Shown here: one piece after another, positions 38,770-52,620 of the stretch
Layout: each line of letters starts with the position of its first letter
Numbering within the stretch: the stretch's first letter is position 1
DNA from: Octopus bimaculoides
Lineage: Eukaryota
Assembly (NCBI RefSeq): GCF_001194135.2
Contig: NC_068989.1
Span: 69,739,060 to 69,803,059, forward strand
DNA length: 64,000 nucleotides
Direction of reading: 5' to 3'
The notes under the pieces: generated by a model
Seen by the model: the letters and a program-made list of their open reading frames with translations, nothing else
Databases searched by the model: none
Told to the model about the DNA's origin: nothing
Translations under genes and position numbers: made by a program

Positions 38770-39914
38770 NNNNNNNNNNNNNNNNNNNNNNNNNNNNNNN
38801 NNNNNNNNNNNNNNNNNNNNNNNNNNNNNNNNNNNNNNNNNNNNNNNNNNNNNNNNNNNNNNNNNNNNNNNNNNNNNNNNNNNNNNNNNNNACTTATTCT
38901 TTGTAAGCCTAGTACTTTTTCTATCAGGGTCTTTTGCTGAACTGCTAAGTTACAGGGACATAAACATGCCGTAATCAGTTGTCAAGCGATGGCAGGAGGA
39001 TAAACATACACACACACACACACACACGCGCATATACATACAATGGGCTTCTTTCAGTTTCCATCGACCAAATCTACTCACAAGGCTATGGTAGAAAACA
39101 CTTGCCTAAGGTGCGATGCAGAAGGACTGAACCTGAAACCATGTGGTTGGGAAGCAAGCTGCTTACCACATAGCCATGCCAGACATGTGTCTTTTTATAT
39201 ATATGTTTATTTTAGTTCCCATCAATCAAATTCAATTACAAGGTTTTTATAGGCTCAAGATGATAGCTGCCCAAGTTGCCAAGCTGTGGGACTGAACCCA
39301 AAACTGTATGGTTAAGAAGCAAAGTTCATCACCACACAGCCAAGCCTGTGCCTATACATATACTCACACACTATAGAAATTTCTTCTCTTTACGTAGTGA
39401 CCTTTAGTGAGTGATAACAGTTAACAAAAATTTAAAAAATAAATTCATAAAGTTAAACACCATACATTTTACAAAAATACTCCATTTCTATGTTCTAAAA
39501 CTCCTATTAATGTTAGAAATTGTTTTATGTCTTCCTATGATTGTTAAAGAAATTAAATTTTAGTATTTTTATTTCCGTGTAAATTGTTTTTCTCTTCTGT
39601 TGTTCAGATGTGAATTTTGTGAACAGAAGCAGTTTTAAATCATTTTAAGTCCTTGTTTGCATTATTTTATTTCATTAGTTTAACTCCAGTAATTAGATTG
39701 AGCCACTTTAAAGATTATTGGGTTTTCTTCATTAATCAGTGGAATAAAGAGCCTAAGATAAAAGTGATTTTTGTTTTTCACTAAATTCACATTGTTATCA
39801 ACAATATTTAAGATTAATTTTCAGTTTTACATTTATTTAAAATGATTGATTTTTCAAACCTTAAAATGAAATATTTCTTGCTTAACAAAATAAATAGATA
39901 AGCAAGCAAATAAA

Positions 39915-40310
39915 TAAATAGGTGTGGTTGTGTGGTAAGATGCTTGCTTCCCAATCATGTGGCCTTGGGTTCAATCCTGTTACATGATACCTTGGGCAAG
40001 TATCTTCTACTATAGTCCCAGGCTGACCAGAACCTAGTGAGTGGGTTTGGTACATGGAAACTGAAAGAAGTCTGTCAGGTATGTGTGTGTGTGTGTCTAT
40101 GTCTTTGCGCTTGACCCCTGCCATTATTTGGCAACCAGTGTTGGATCATGGACATCCCAACATGTAGTGGTTCAGCAAAAGAGACTGATAGAATAAGAAC
40201 CATGCTTAAAGACTAAGTACATGGGTTGATTTGTTTGACTAGACCCTTTAAGGTGATGCCCAAACACAGCCACAGTCCAATGACTGAAACAAGTAAAAGA
40301 TAAAAGAAAT
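39915..40310 (+). mobile_element. SINE-A full-length copy, tail type 1
   Basis: Head, core, (TG)n, then body ending cagtccaatgactgaaacaagtaaaagataaaaga. Confidence 0.85.
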
Positions 40311-40558
40311 AGATAAATTAATAAATTTTTCTTGACAAGGTATGGAATTCTAAATAATAACATTCTATATTCTAAATAATAACATGTAAAAAGGAATTGT
40401 ATGTGTGTTATTATACCATTGTATATGTTCTATAAGTTGGAATTTAATGGTTCGGGTTCTTTTAAGAAATACTTTTAAAAAGTAAATGAAGTTTCTTAAA
40501 ACATTACATGATAATTCAGTTTTTTTAAAAATATTTTTTCTTCTCATGCTAACTTACT

Positions 40559-40786
40559 TTAACCCTTTAACATTTAAACTGGCCTTATCCAGCCAAAATA
40601 TTCTACCTGCTTTGTGTTCAAACTGGTCAAATCTGACAGCTCATGCTTAGCCTACAATATCATTCTAAAAATACACTACCACATCGTCAGAATCTCGAAG
40701 CTACTATATAATTCATGATTAATTCAAAACAATGTGAATAAATAAGCATTACATTTAACAGGATAATCCAAATGCTAAAGGGTTAA
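40559..40786. mobile_element. MITE-A, complete, TTAA on both sides
   Basis: ttaaccctttaacattt ... aaatgctaaagggttaa. Confidence 0.9.
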
Positions 40787-41159
40787 GCAATTTTTTATTA
40801 TTTTAAGATTCAAAACAAATTTTTTGTAGAAGACAAGTAATATAAATTTTTAGTTAAGTCCTTCCAGTAAACTAAGAATGGAAATGTATTTAGTTCTTTT
40901 GATAAGAATCTGCATAAGACTGCTCTTGGTTATATCATATAAACTTCCTGCTTTAAAGTAATTGAAATAAAGATCTTCCATCAAAAATTTTATGTTAATT
41001 CATATTCTATACACTAGCTTAATAATGACAAAGTTATTTTATTAAATTCTTCATTATTTTCAAAATAAATTGTAATAAACATCATGTATTTCAACAGAAA
41101 TATGGTAATGAAACTGTTATTATCACCAATAACTGAAACTGCAAATAGATCATGGAATA

Positions 41160-41216
41160 AACTACTCATATTTTATTCAAGATATTAACTACTCATATTT
41201 TATTCAAGATATTAAC
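41160..41216. repeat. Perfect 27-bp tandem duplication
   Basis: actactcatattttattcaagatatta x2 (41161-41187 and 41188-41214). Confidence 0.95.
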
Positions 41217-41719
41217 CTAGGTTGCTTTGTCTTTTAACAAGTACTATCAGAAAGTAAAACTAACGTCTTACTTTTGGAATCTTGTATAAAATTTGAAGAA
41301 GACTATTGGTTCAGTGTACAAATGTTGTCTTGGTTTCTTCGGGGTGTTTGGTTTGATCTGAATTTATAATTCTTATGCTGTTTTGGTTACAGCAATTAAA
41401 ACTACAGTTGCAGAAATGTTCTACCAATGTGAATGGAGATTGTTAGAATTTATTGACCATGTCAAGATCTTATACTCTTTGTATTTTGTACTTACTTCTC
41501 TATTGGAAAGAAGTCTTCTGTCCATTTGGAAAAAATCTTATTTTACTTACAACTTAGCCAGACATAAAGGTATTTGGGAGAAAGTTAAATGGTTCAATGT
41601 GTGCATATGTGTCTGTGTTATATTACATATGCATGCATACGTGTGTCTGTGCGCGCGCAATAGTTTTGTATAAACTATAGTTTTATTTGCATTGATTTAT
41701 AGCTATGTGTGTCATTTCT

Positions 41720-42144
41720 TAAGAAAGTAGATAGTTTTCAGCAGAATCATTAAAAAGTTGGGAGGAAAAGGAAAAAAGTAATTTTACATCATTTGTTTAA
41801 TCTCTCTTTACATTCTAAGTTCAAAGCTCTCTAAAGTCAACTCTGTTTTTCAACCCCTCAGAATTGATAATAAAGCACCAGTCAAGTCCCAGGGTCAATA
41901 TCAATTAACTTCTTCCTCTCATAACTACAGTCCTTGTGCCCAAAACTTGAACTGTTGTTGTTATTATTTTCACCAAGGTTAGCTTTAACACTCATCTCTT
42001 TTGGGGTTGATGAAATAAGTACCAGTCAAGCATGGGGTCAGTGTAATCAACTATTTCCCTCCCCACAAATTTTAGGCCTTTTGTCTATAGTAGAAAGAAG
42101 TATCATCATCATCATCATCATTATTATTATTATTATTATTAGTA

Positions 42145-42181
<37 letters not shown>

Positions 42182-42976
42182 GGCAGCGAGCTGGCAGAAT
42201 TGTTAGCATGCTGGATGAAATGCTTAGCGGTATTTCACCTGTAGCTATGTTCTGAGTTCGAATTCCATCGAGGTTGACTTTGCTTTTCATCCTTGCAAGA
42301 TTGATGAATTAAGTACCATTTACGTATTGGGGTCGATATAATCAACTAGTCCCCTTGTCTAAAGTTTCAGGCCTTGTGCCTATAGTAGAAATTATTATTA
42401 TTATTATTAAGGTGGTGAGCTTGGCAGAATTGTTATCACACTGGGCTAAATGCTAAACAGCATTTCATCTGTCTTTACATTCTGAGTTCAAATTCCACTG
42501 AGGTTAACTTTGCTTTCATCCTTTTGGGGTCGATAAATTAAGTATCAGTAAAACAATGGGGTTAATGTAATCAACTAGTCCCCTCCCACAAAATTTTAGG
42601 CCGTGTGCCTTTAGCAGAAATTCTAATATTTTCTTGCAAATAATATTCATATATAAATGAGCAAGAAAAAATGTGTTTTATCTTCATTATGATTTCAGTA
42701 AATTAAAAATAAATTTCTTCCCCAAAATTGTTTCAACTTTTGTGAATAATAATAGTAATAATACTTTCGACTATAAGCACAAGGCCTGAAATTTTGGAGG
42801 AGGGGACTAGTTGATTACATTGACCCAGTGTTTGACTGGTACTTATTTTATCAACCCCAAAAGGATGAAAAGCAAAATTGACCTCAGCAGAATTTGAACT
42901 CAGAATTTTAAGATAGATGAAATGCCTCTAAACATTTTGCCTGGTGGGCTAACAATTCTGCCAGCTTGCCACCTTA
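41720..42976. mobile_element. SINE-B cluster: four plus-strand copies/fragments and one inverted copy
   Basis: Copies at ~41720-41945, 41965-42100, 42180-42390 and 42409-42622 (+) and 42765-42976 (-). (ATC/ATT)n tails separate them. Confidence 0.85.
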
Positions 42977-45654
42977 ATGATGATGATGATAAATTTTCTT
43001 CATGCTCTGTCTCCTGTATCCTTTTAATGTTGCTTGTCAATGTATTACAAATCAGAAATAGTTATTGAATGGAGGTATTTGTGAGAGCAGTTGCTCTTTT
43101 GCACTGCTACTTTGCAGTAAGATGCTTGCTTTGTGAATTTTATAGCTTTAGAATTAAGTTTTCTTGTTTTTTTTCTTTTTAATTTTACCTTTTGAATTTT
43201 AATAAGTCCTCCAGAAATTTCTAGAATGACGGTTAATTAAAATTTTTTTTTTTTTTTTTTTTTTGTCTGTTTTCATGAATCATTTCTGAAAGATGAAAAT
43301 ACAACAGATTCAAAGAATTAGTTTGCTGTGAAATTTAAAAAAAAAAAAAATTATAGAAACTATTCTTTTCATTTAGACATCACATGGGACATAATATCAA
43401 AATAACATATTTTTGAAATATTATAACGTGAGAGTTAACTAAATATAACATTTCTTGTGATATCATTTATCTCACATCAGAAATAAATAGAGCTGTTCCC
43501 CTTGAGCATTTTGTGCTAATATTTTTTTCCATGTCTGTTACTTAAACTTTTTTTTTTGTTAATCACACATCCTTCATTACAGACGTTACCGCATCTATCT
43601 TAACATTTCCAGTTAAAGTCTGTTTCAAAGCTCATTATTTTAAAAATCAATATAACATTAATCATTGATTTGTTATTGAACCAAAAGAAAGTATACAGTT
43701 ATTATGAAGGTGAAAATAGTTCCTGTATTATTTATTTATTTCTTGTTTATTATTTAGTCATTCATTCACTCATTACTCTAAAATATCTGATTGTAAATAA
43801 ACCTGAACGTTTTAATTAAGATTACAACATATTCTCTATAAATGAAGTGCACAATATCAGAGTTACTTTAGTGCATAACAAACTGGAAAATTATTCTGTC
43901 AAAGTTAAAGATTTCTCATTAGATAAAAGAATTTCCTGCTTGTGAAAAATCCTTTTTACTTTTGCCCGCTGTTTCAATTCTCTTCTGTAAAAACAGTATT
44001 CTGCATAAATTAAGAGTTTTTCAAGAACAATAAATATTTCAGAACTGTTCTGTCATTTTATTCAGTTCTCTTCATTTTATATATTGAGAAGTCATGCATG
44101 GAGGATCTCATGGAAACTTCACTGTTTTACATGTATTGAAAAATAATATCCTTAGCTTTTGTAACTGTAACTATTTAGATAAGTTCCTTCACAATTGTTT
44201 TGAACCAGTGCAGAAATAGAAATATTTCAATTACTTCCTGCATATCACTATTAAAAATTTAGCTTTCTTTCTTTCTTCTAAAGTATTGTCAATACTTTGA
44301 ACAGAAACTATAAAACTGGTTTGTGTTACGTTTCAGCATTGTGTGTTTGGAGATATTTCAGATTTTATTGAAAAGGTACAAGTGTGTGTGTATGGAGCAG
44401 GGAGGAGGGGGAGTAGTAGCAGGGGTCCAACTAAAAATATAAGAAAATAAACAGAAAACCATAAAGATCTTTATTTGGCTTATCTTTTAGCATGCAGATG
44501 TTATTGCATTAATTAATGTATTGCAGAAATTAATTGGCTGCAATTGTAGCATGCTGCACAAAAGCTCTTCTGTTTATCCAATGATAACCAAGTAATGCCT
44601 GGTTAAGAAATTCATTCAATAACATATACCATTATTGCATCTGCAAAAGTATACACAAACATTCTTTTCAAGAAATTTTAGTAATTTCACTGATGTATTT
44701 TAATGTATTTAATCTTTTATGTTTGTTATTTTCATTGTTCGAAAAAAGTTCGTTTTCTGTTTTTGTTTCTCATTGTGTTTAACGTTTTTTTGATGTCCTG
44801 TACCCATATATGCATGTATGTATACATATAGATGTAGGTATGTACATATATGTATGGATATATGCATATATTTATATATTATTTATATTATATATATATA
44901 TATATATATATNNNNNNNNNNNNNNNNNNNNNNNNNNNNNNNNNNNNNNNNNNNNNNNNNNNNNNNNNNNNNNNNNNNNNNNNNNNNNNNNNNNNNNNNN
45001 NNNNNNNNNNNNNNNNNNNNNNNNNNNNNNNNNNNNNNNNNNNNNNNNNNNNNNNNNNNNNNNNNNNNNNNNNNNNNNNNNNNNNNNNNNNNNNNNNNNN
45101 NNNNNNNNNNNNNNNNNNNNNNNNNNNNNNNNNNNNNNNNNNNNNNNNNNNNNNNNNNNNNNNNNNNNNNNNNNNNNNNNNNNNNNNNNNNNNNNNNNNN
45201 NNNNNNNNNNNNNNNNNNNNNNNNNNNNNNNNNNNNNNNNNNNNNNNNNNNNNNNNNNNNNNNNNNNNNATATTACATTTGTTATCGTGTTTATTATTTG
45301 TAACATAAATTTAATTTCACTTTTATCCAGTTATTCAGATATTATTCTTAATGTATTGATTTCTGAAACAGTTACACCTTTGATCTGCAACTAGTGGTGG
45401 TCTTTCTACTCTGTCTGTCTGTCTACTATTTATAGATGGGGTTTTTACAGCTTTTTTAAAAAAATATTTTGCTGATGCGATAACTCTGATTATATAACTC
45501 TGCCACTAGTTCAAAACAATCTCTTTGTTGACAATTTTCAACATTTATTTCTAAACTCTTGTATATATATTTTTTTCGTTTCTGTCTTGTGATTTCTGTT
45601 CAACAAAATGCTCCAGCTTTTAGTAGATTTATTTACTGGTTTTTATTATATCAG

Positions 45655-45711
45655 TTACTTCATTGTTGAAAAGTTTGATTTAATGAATGAGGTGCCAAAG
45701 TGGGTTGCTGA
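45655..45711 (+). CDS. Candidate small exon, unidentified (YFIVEKFDLMNEVPKWVA)
   Basis: ttttattatatcag| ... gctga|gtaaat; 57 nt; no recognised homology. Confidence 0.15.
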
Positions 45712-47984
45712 GTAAATAACATGTTGACTCCTTGGTTGATATGTGTAATTCTAAGTGTATTAGATTCTATGCTGAGCAAGGCAAATAAGCCGTTCTGTCT
45801 GTTTAATTGTATTTGGTGGTGCAGTGCTAAACTAAAAATTGTCATGTGGTTTAGTTGGGGTTTTATTTTTGGTGGCAGAGATAGCCAATATGTTTAACCA
45901 AGTTTTAATGTGATTTTTATTTTATGTCATCATCACAATCATTATTATTATATCACTTAAATGTTCATTTTTCCATGCTTGCACAGGTCAGGTGGAATTC
46001 ATTGAGACAGATTTTCTATGGCCTGTCACCAGCCCACACCTGTTTTCAGGCAAAGTAATATTTGGTCATGGCTGGAAGATTGGAAATGAAGGATACCACT
46101 TGCATGTTACTGATGCTTGTTTACAATTATTGCACATCAAAAAATGGGCACACACATATGATGGTCTTTTTTCAGACTCCATCTGCCAAATCCTTTCATA
46201 AGGCTTTGGCCAACTCAGGGCATAGGCCCAAAGTGCCCATGTAGTGGAACTGAACTCAAAGCCATGTGGTTAGGAAGGAAGCAAATTGTTCAACCACACC
46301 TGTGCCCACCCCCATTCTCTCTCTCTTTTTATCTTTCTGTCTACCTATTCATCCATCTCTCTATCCATCTCTGTGTGTGATTGTTATTGTCTATAGTATA
46401 TTATGTGTTGCTGTTACAAGCAACCATAAGCTAAAACTGTGTACATTGAATCCAAATTCAAATGAGAAATATATGGTTGGCCATTTACTGAAGTAGTTGC
46501 TAGCAAAAGAAATTTGAACTTCATTCTATTTTCCAAAGATCTGATTGACTATTGATGTTCTAACAATGACACAAATGCTATTTGCGAAGGTTGTTTTCCT
46601 TTTTGTCCGCTGTCATTACTGGAAGTTGTTCTCAAGATAACACTGTTTGTGAATGAGCTAAGCATTGAGTACCACCTTTCCCTCTAGATACTTCAACTTA
46701 CCTGGATTGTCTGTGTATAAATACCAACTCAGCACTGCAGGTTGATGCAGTATATCAATTATGCACATGTAAATTGTATCCACTCATATTATCAGTTTTC
46801 AGTAGAAATGGCTTTTGATACCATCTTGCCTGAGACCATCCCAAGTTCTGTGATACAAATTACCTGTTTTAAAGTGATCTAAATTGTTATCTTCCATCGG
46901 AATTCCATGTTAATTTATGTTCCAATGTCAAAGTTAATTTACTAAATTCTTCCTTATTTTCAAAATTAATTGAAGTAGAATCAGTGTATTTCAACAGAAA
47001 TCATCATCATTATCACCATTTTAATATTTACTTTTCCATGCTTGCATAGGTCAGATGGTATTTGTTGCTACTAACTTTTCAGTGGCCAGATGCCCCTCCT
47101 GTTGCTAACCCTCACCTGTTTCCAAACAACATACATATTTCTTCATAGCTATACATGGGTTTCACAGTAGACTGGAAATGACCAACACATGTTGTATGAA
47201 AGTGACATTCATTTACAACCATTAAATGATGTTGAACACGGGTGTGTGCACACATACATATATATGATGTGCTTCTTTCAGTTTCCGTCCACCAAATCCA
47301 CTCACAAAGCTTTGGTCAACCCGGGCCTATAGTAGAAGACACACAAAGTACCACACACTGGAGCTGAACCTAAAACTACATGTTTGGTGTGGTGGTGGTG
47401 GGGCTTTTCCCAAATATACATAACTATATTAGCAATTGGATACCAAAACTTCTGACATTACAGTTAGCAAGCCATTCCTTATTAATCACATTCCTGAGTG
47501 CCTTTGTGAAATTCAAGATATGTTTTCACTTATGCTTTCATTAGTCATAATTCCCAAAATATATTGGAGATGTTTATACTTTATCTCTTTTCCTTTAGCA
47601 ACGCATAATTTTTGGAACAATTCTAAAGAGGAAGCTTGAAATCTGATGATTAAGAGGATATAGTTTTGGTCTCTGTTTCTCACTATATATACCATTAGAA
47701 ATTACATTTTTGTTTTGCTTTATATTTTTATATTTTAGTTTATGACAATTTTTTTTTTTTAAACAAGATCATTTCTTAATCTGGGATTATATATTATGGC
47801 ATCAGTCTATTAGCATTCATATGGGTGTGCTATCATTCATATAAAAAGACTATATCTGTTTATAAATGACATTGAGCTCATATTGCTGACAGGAAAAAGT
47901 AGAAAAGTTTTAATAATTTTTCATGATTATGATTCTATTCACTTTAAGATCCAAAAATGATAAAAGTATTTATATCTTTATTGC

Positions 47985-48205
47985 CCACAGAGGGCTAAAC
48001 ATAGAGGGGACAAGCAAGAACAGACAAAGGGTTCAAGTTGATTACATCGACCCCATTGCATAACTGGTATTTATTTAATCGACCCCGAAAGGATGAAAGG
48101 TAATGTCGACCTCGGTGGAGTTTGAACTCAGAACGTAACGGCAGACAAAATACCACTAAACATTTCACCCAGTGTACTAATGATTCTGCCAGCTCACCAC
48201 CTTAA
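47985..48205 (-). mobile_element. SINE-B copy, relatively young (CpGs retained)
   Basis: ..atcgaccccgaaaggatgaaaggtaatgtcgacctcggtggagtttgaactcagaacgtaacggcag..ttctgccagctcaccacctt. Confidence 0.85.
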
Positions 48206-49608
48206 TGATAAAAATATTTAAACAAAACTTAGTTTATTTTAGCATTAACAGTAACCTGCTGCAACATAGAACTATTTATTACCTTTATTTTTGCACTTTT
48301 TATCATCAATTCTTGCAACTATTTTTGATCTGTTTATCCACTGTTACATCTCTGAGAATGTGTTTACCAATCATTTAATTTTTTTAATAATCATAACAGT
48401 AAAATTCAACTCTGTGTTAATCATTGTGCTTTTATGTTTTTGATAATGTGTTTTATCCTGAATATTTGTGTTCCTAGTTTTGTTTTCTTGGAATAAACTT
48501 TCTGTTTGGTAAAATTCTGAAAACTATTTTTCGTAACAAATATATACTTCTATCTGATGTTTTCTTCATAATTTTCTCCCTCCATTCACTCATATATCTA
48601 TATATATCTCACAAGGTTTTGTTTAGTATATTTACTTATTTTAAGGAATCTTCTGATTCAAGTTCTAACAAGCAAGTATAACATGGTTATCTTCTACAAG
48701 TGTGGTTGTGTGGTAAGAAGCTTGCTTCTCAATCACATGGGTTCCAGGTTCAGTCCCACTGCATGGCACCTGGGGCAAGTGTCTTTTACTATCCTTGGGC
48801 CAACCAAAGCCTTGTAAGTGGATTTGATAGATGGAAACTGAAAGAATCCCGTCGTGGCCCTGCTCAGTATGTAGAAAAGGAGTAGGTAGTAACTCTATAA
48901 GATGTACCCGGTGCNNNNNNNNNNACTGATATACTAGGCTTACAAAGAACAAGTTCTGAAATTGATTTCCTTGACTAACACCCCTTAAGGGGGTGCTCCA
49001 GCATGGCCACAGTCAAATGACTGAAACAAATAAAAGAATAACCATAGCCACAATTTATATTGCGTAGAGAGAGGGGCAGAGAATAAAAGAACAATGTGGA
49101 GAGAGTTAACATAAGAGGTGTGGGGTAAGTGGTGAGAAAGAATCACTGAGGGGAGAAGGAGGAGAGGAGGTCTAGCCTCTCATACCTACCCTACAATGTT
49201 ATTCTAGAAATAAACAGCCAGATCATCAAAATCTTGAAGCTAAGAGATAACGTACCATTAATTCAAAATAATGTGAATAAATAAGTATTACATTTGATCG
49301 AGTAATCTGAATGCTATGGGGTTAAAGATGATAAATATTTTATTGTTGAAATTTAGTATTCATTTTATTGTTTTGTATTAGCACCAAGAACTCTGATAAA
49401 AGTTGAATTATAATTATTCTATGTATGCCATATTTTTTTTTATATTACCCATGATGGCAAAAATATACTTCCATTCTTGTTATATGACAGGTAACACTAG
49501 TAATTTTATAATTCTGAGATGAATTATGGTGAAGATTGATGTTGTTACAGCTACATTTTTTAATTGTCTTCAAGAACCATGTTTTTGCATACGTTTGCTT
49601 TCTTTCAG

Positions 49609-49661
49609 CTGGGATTGTATTCGCAAAGCTGTTGTAATTGACAGTTCTGCATTCATATCCT
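49609..49661 (+). CDS. Candidate small exon, unidentified (WDCIRKAVVIDSSAFIS)
   Basis: Strong acceptor tttgctttctttcag| and donor tcct|gtatgt; 53 nt; no recognised homology. Confidence 0.18.
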
Positions 49662-50177
49662 GTATGTCATAATACCACCATGCTGAAAATAAAATGGGAC
49701 CCATTTAGAGAATATGTCAATCAAAAGGTTATAAATGAAGCAAAATATGGTTAATTATCCAATCTTTTTGTCATTGTTTGGATGATTCTGCACAATCAGA
49801 TATTAGTTTGTATTGTTTGAAGTAGTTACTTTATAACAGAATACCTTGCTTGCTGTCTGTTGCTTCATTATCAGCTGAGTGAATTTAGCAAGCATGGTAT
49901 CTGTTCACTACTAAATTAATGGAAACTAGCAGTCATTTTCTCTGCCTATACATGTCATAATTTTAGCTGTAGTATAGATGACAGAGGTGTAAGAGAAAAG
50001 AATAGAAACACAGGAGCAACAGACAAGAAATAAACTAACCCTTTTGTTACCATATTTCTCTGGAAATACACAGCCTTTGTTTCTGTTAATTTTGAAAATA
50101 ATGAAAACTTTAGAAAAATAACCTTAAGCTTGGTGTCTGAAACATAACATGAAATTTTGATGGAAAATTTTTATTTA

Positions 50178-50636
50178 GGCGCAGGAGTGGCTGTGTGGTA
50201 ACTGGCTTGCTTACCAACCACATGGTTTCGGGTTCAGTCCCACTGCATAGCACCTTAGGCAAGTGTCTTCTATAGCCTTGGGCCGACCAAAGCCTTGTGA
50301 GTGGATTTGGTAGATGGAAACNNNNNNNNNNNNNNNNNNNNNNNNNNNNNNNNNNNNNNNNNNNNNNNNNNNNNNNNNNNNNNNNNNNNNNNNNNNNNNN
50401 NNNNNNNNNNNNNNTATATATACATACACACACACACATATATATGTGCGTATATATAGACACATATATATGTGTGTGTGTGTGTGTGTGTGTATGTTTG
50501 TGTGTCTGTGTTTGTCTCCCCACCATTGCTTGACAACCGATTTTGGTGTGTTTACATCCCTGTAACTTAGCAGTTCAGCAAGAGACCAATAGAATAAGTA
50601 CTAGGCTTACAAAGAATAAGTCTTGGGGTCAATTTG
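50178..50636 (+). mobile_element. SINE-A, young copy with clear Pol III boxes, tail type 1
   Basis: ggcgcaggag-tggctgtgtgg (A box) ... ggttcagtccc (B box). The internal microsatellite spans gap 50322-50414. Confidence 0.9.
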
Positions 50637-52065
50637 TTTAACCCTTTTGTTACCATATTTCTCTGGAAATACATGGCCTGTGTTTATGTTAATTTTGAAA
50701 ATAATAAAGACTTTGGAAAAATAACTTCATCATTATTGACCATTTCATTATCATATACTTTCATTTAATTTTAAAGATAATGAAGTGTTTTGTGAACAAA
50801 CTTTGTCTTTATGTAATTGGCATTTTGCTCATAAATTAGCATGAAATTTTAATGGAACATTGTAATTTAGATCACTTGAAGACAAGAAACTTGTATCAAA
50901 TAACCAGAGGTGATCTCAGGTGGGTTATTATCAAAAGGGTTTAAAATACATCATACAATGAACATGTGTTACCTACTAAAAGAAAATAAAAGGTTTTGGA
51001 GTTTGCTCCTATTTAACAACTGTTCATTTTGTAATTAACTCTTTAGCATCCACATTACTCTGTCAAAAGTAATGATTTTTTATTCACATTGTTCTGAATG
51101 AATTATGCATTATCTTCTGGCTTTAAGATTTTTATAAGGTAACTGTTAATTTTTAGAATGACATTATAGTGTTGATATGAGAGGCCAAATCTGGCCACTT
51201 GTGCATAAAACAGTTAGAATATTCTGACTGGATTTGGCCAGTTTAAATACTAAAGAGGTAAAAGAAAGGAATTCATAATACAGCACAGTTTAAACTCATT
51301 TTCTTTCAGTTATTTAACCATTTTCTTACCATATTTTTGCTGAAATACACTAAATTTGTTTCAGATAATTCTGAAAATAATGAAGAATTTTGTAAAATAA
51401 CTTTGCCATTATTAAGCTGAGGTGTGCAACATGAATTAGCTTGAAAGTTTGTTGGAAGGTTTTAATTTGGATTACTCTAAAGCAGGAAGTTTATATAATA
51501 CCAAAGGCGGTCTCAGGCAGGTTGATATCAAAAGGGTTAATCATTCAAACACCATACTCTTTTCAAAAATAATTGCAAATTAATCTCAAGTTTCTTTTAG
51601 AATTAATTGGAATTTTTTTTTATTTAATATGTATTGTTAATTCATTGGAATGTAATCTATGTAATTTAATTTATTGGAACATAATCTTTTACTGAAAGTA
51701 AATTTCTACTCTAATTTATATTTTTCATTTTTCGCTAGCTTTGCAGCATTGCTAAAGTTTAGATGTAACAAATGAAAAGAAAAAAAAAAAAAAAAGGCAA
51801 ATAAATATCTACTTTTGTATAACAGTTATGCAGTTGAATATGGAATATTGGCATTTCTAGGAGTGTTTTGTGTAGGAAATCTTATTTTGAGCTGTAGCCT
51901 TTCTTTAAAATTGTGAAGGTATGAAGAAATGTTAGCAATATGTGGATCTGCAGAACCCATCTATGAATTGGAACTGGCTGAAAACATTCTATAACATCTT
52001 ACTATTATGAACAGAGATTTAAGCTAGTTGAGAAAACTAAAATGAACTATATGTGTGCATGTGTA

Positions 52066-52096
<31 letters not shown>

Positions 52097-52450
52097 ATAT
52101 ATATATATATTATATATATATATATATATACATACACATACATATATATATATATATATTATGGACTCTCGCATCATTAGATGATAGCTCTGAGATTTCA
52201 TGCTGAACGACCACACAGATGATTTGTTTATAGTAATCAAATATTTGTGTTCATATAAGCTCCCTTCATAAAGTTGATGATACCTGTACAGGTGCACAAG
52301 TGTGCCACATGTCAGATGTCAAAATGATAGCATGGCACTTATAGACCTTGTATGTATGTAGATGTGTCTGTATAGCTACATAGTTAGGAAGTTCTCTTCC
52401 TAACCACGTGGTTTTGGGTTCAATCCCACTGTATGGCACCTTGAGCAAGT

Positions 52451-52495
52451 GTCACCTGATGAAGGCTGGAGGGTATATCAGCCGAAACGTTCTGT
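52451..52495 (+). ncRNA. Minimal type-I hammerhead ribozyme motif (Penelope-like-element type), stem I damaged
   Basis: CUGAUGA(52456-62)-A-GGCUG/CAGCC helix II-GAAA-CGUU. Palindromic stem III (ACGU). The stem I flanks ucac/cugu pair only partly. Confidence 0.7.
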
Positions 52496-52620
52496 TAACA
52501 ACAAACAAGATGAAGACAAATATCCATCAAATGTAAATAATGTATATATTTGCATATATGTATCTATCTGTGCATGTGTGTGTCAGCGTTGTTTATTCAT
52601 TTGTTAGTTCAGTAGTATTT

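Noticed and set aside
49609-49636. AGIVFAKL, reminiscent of inward-rectifier K+ channel M2
   Set aside because: Stop codon follows immediately, there is no usable donor and no other Kir segments.
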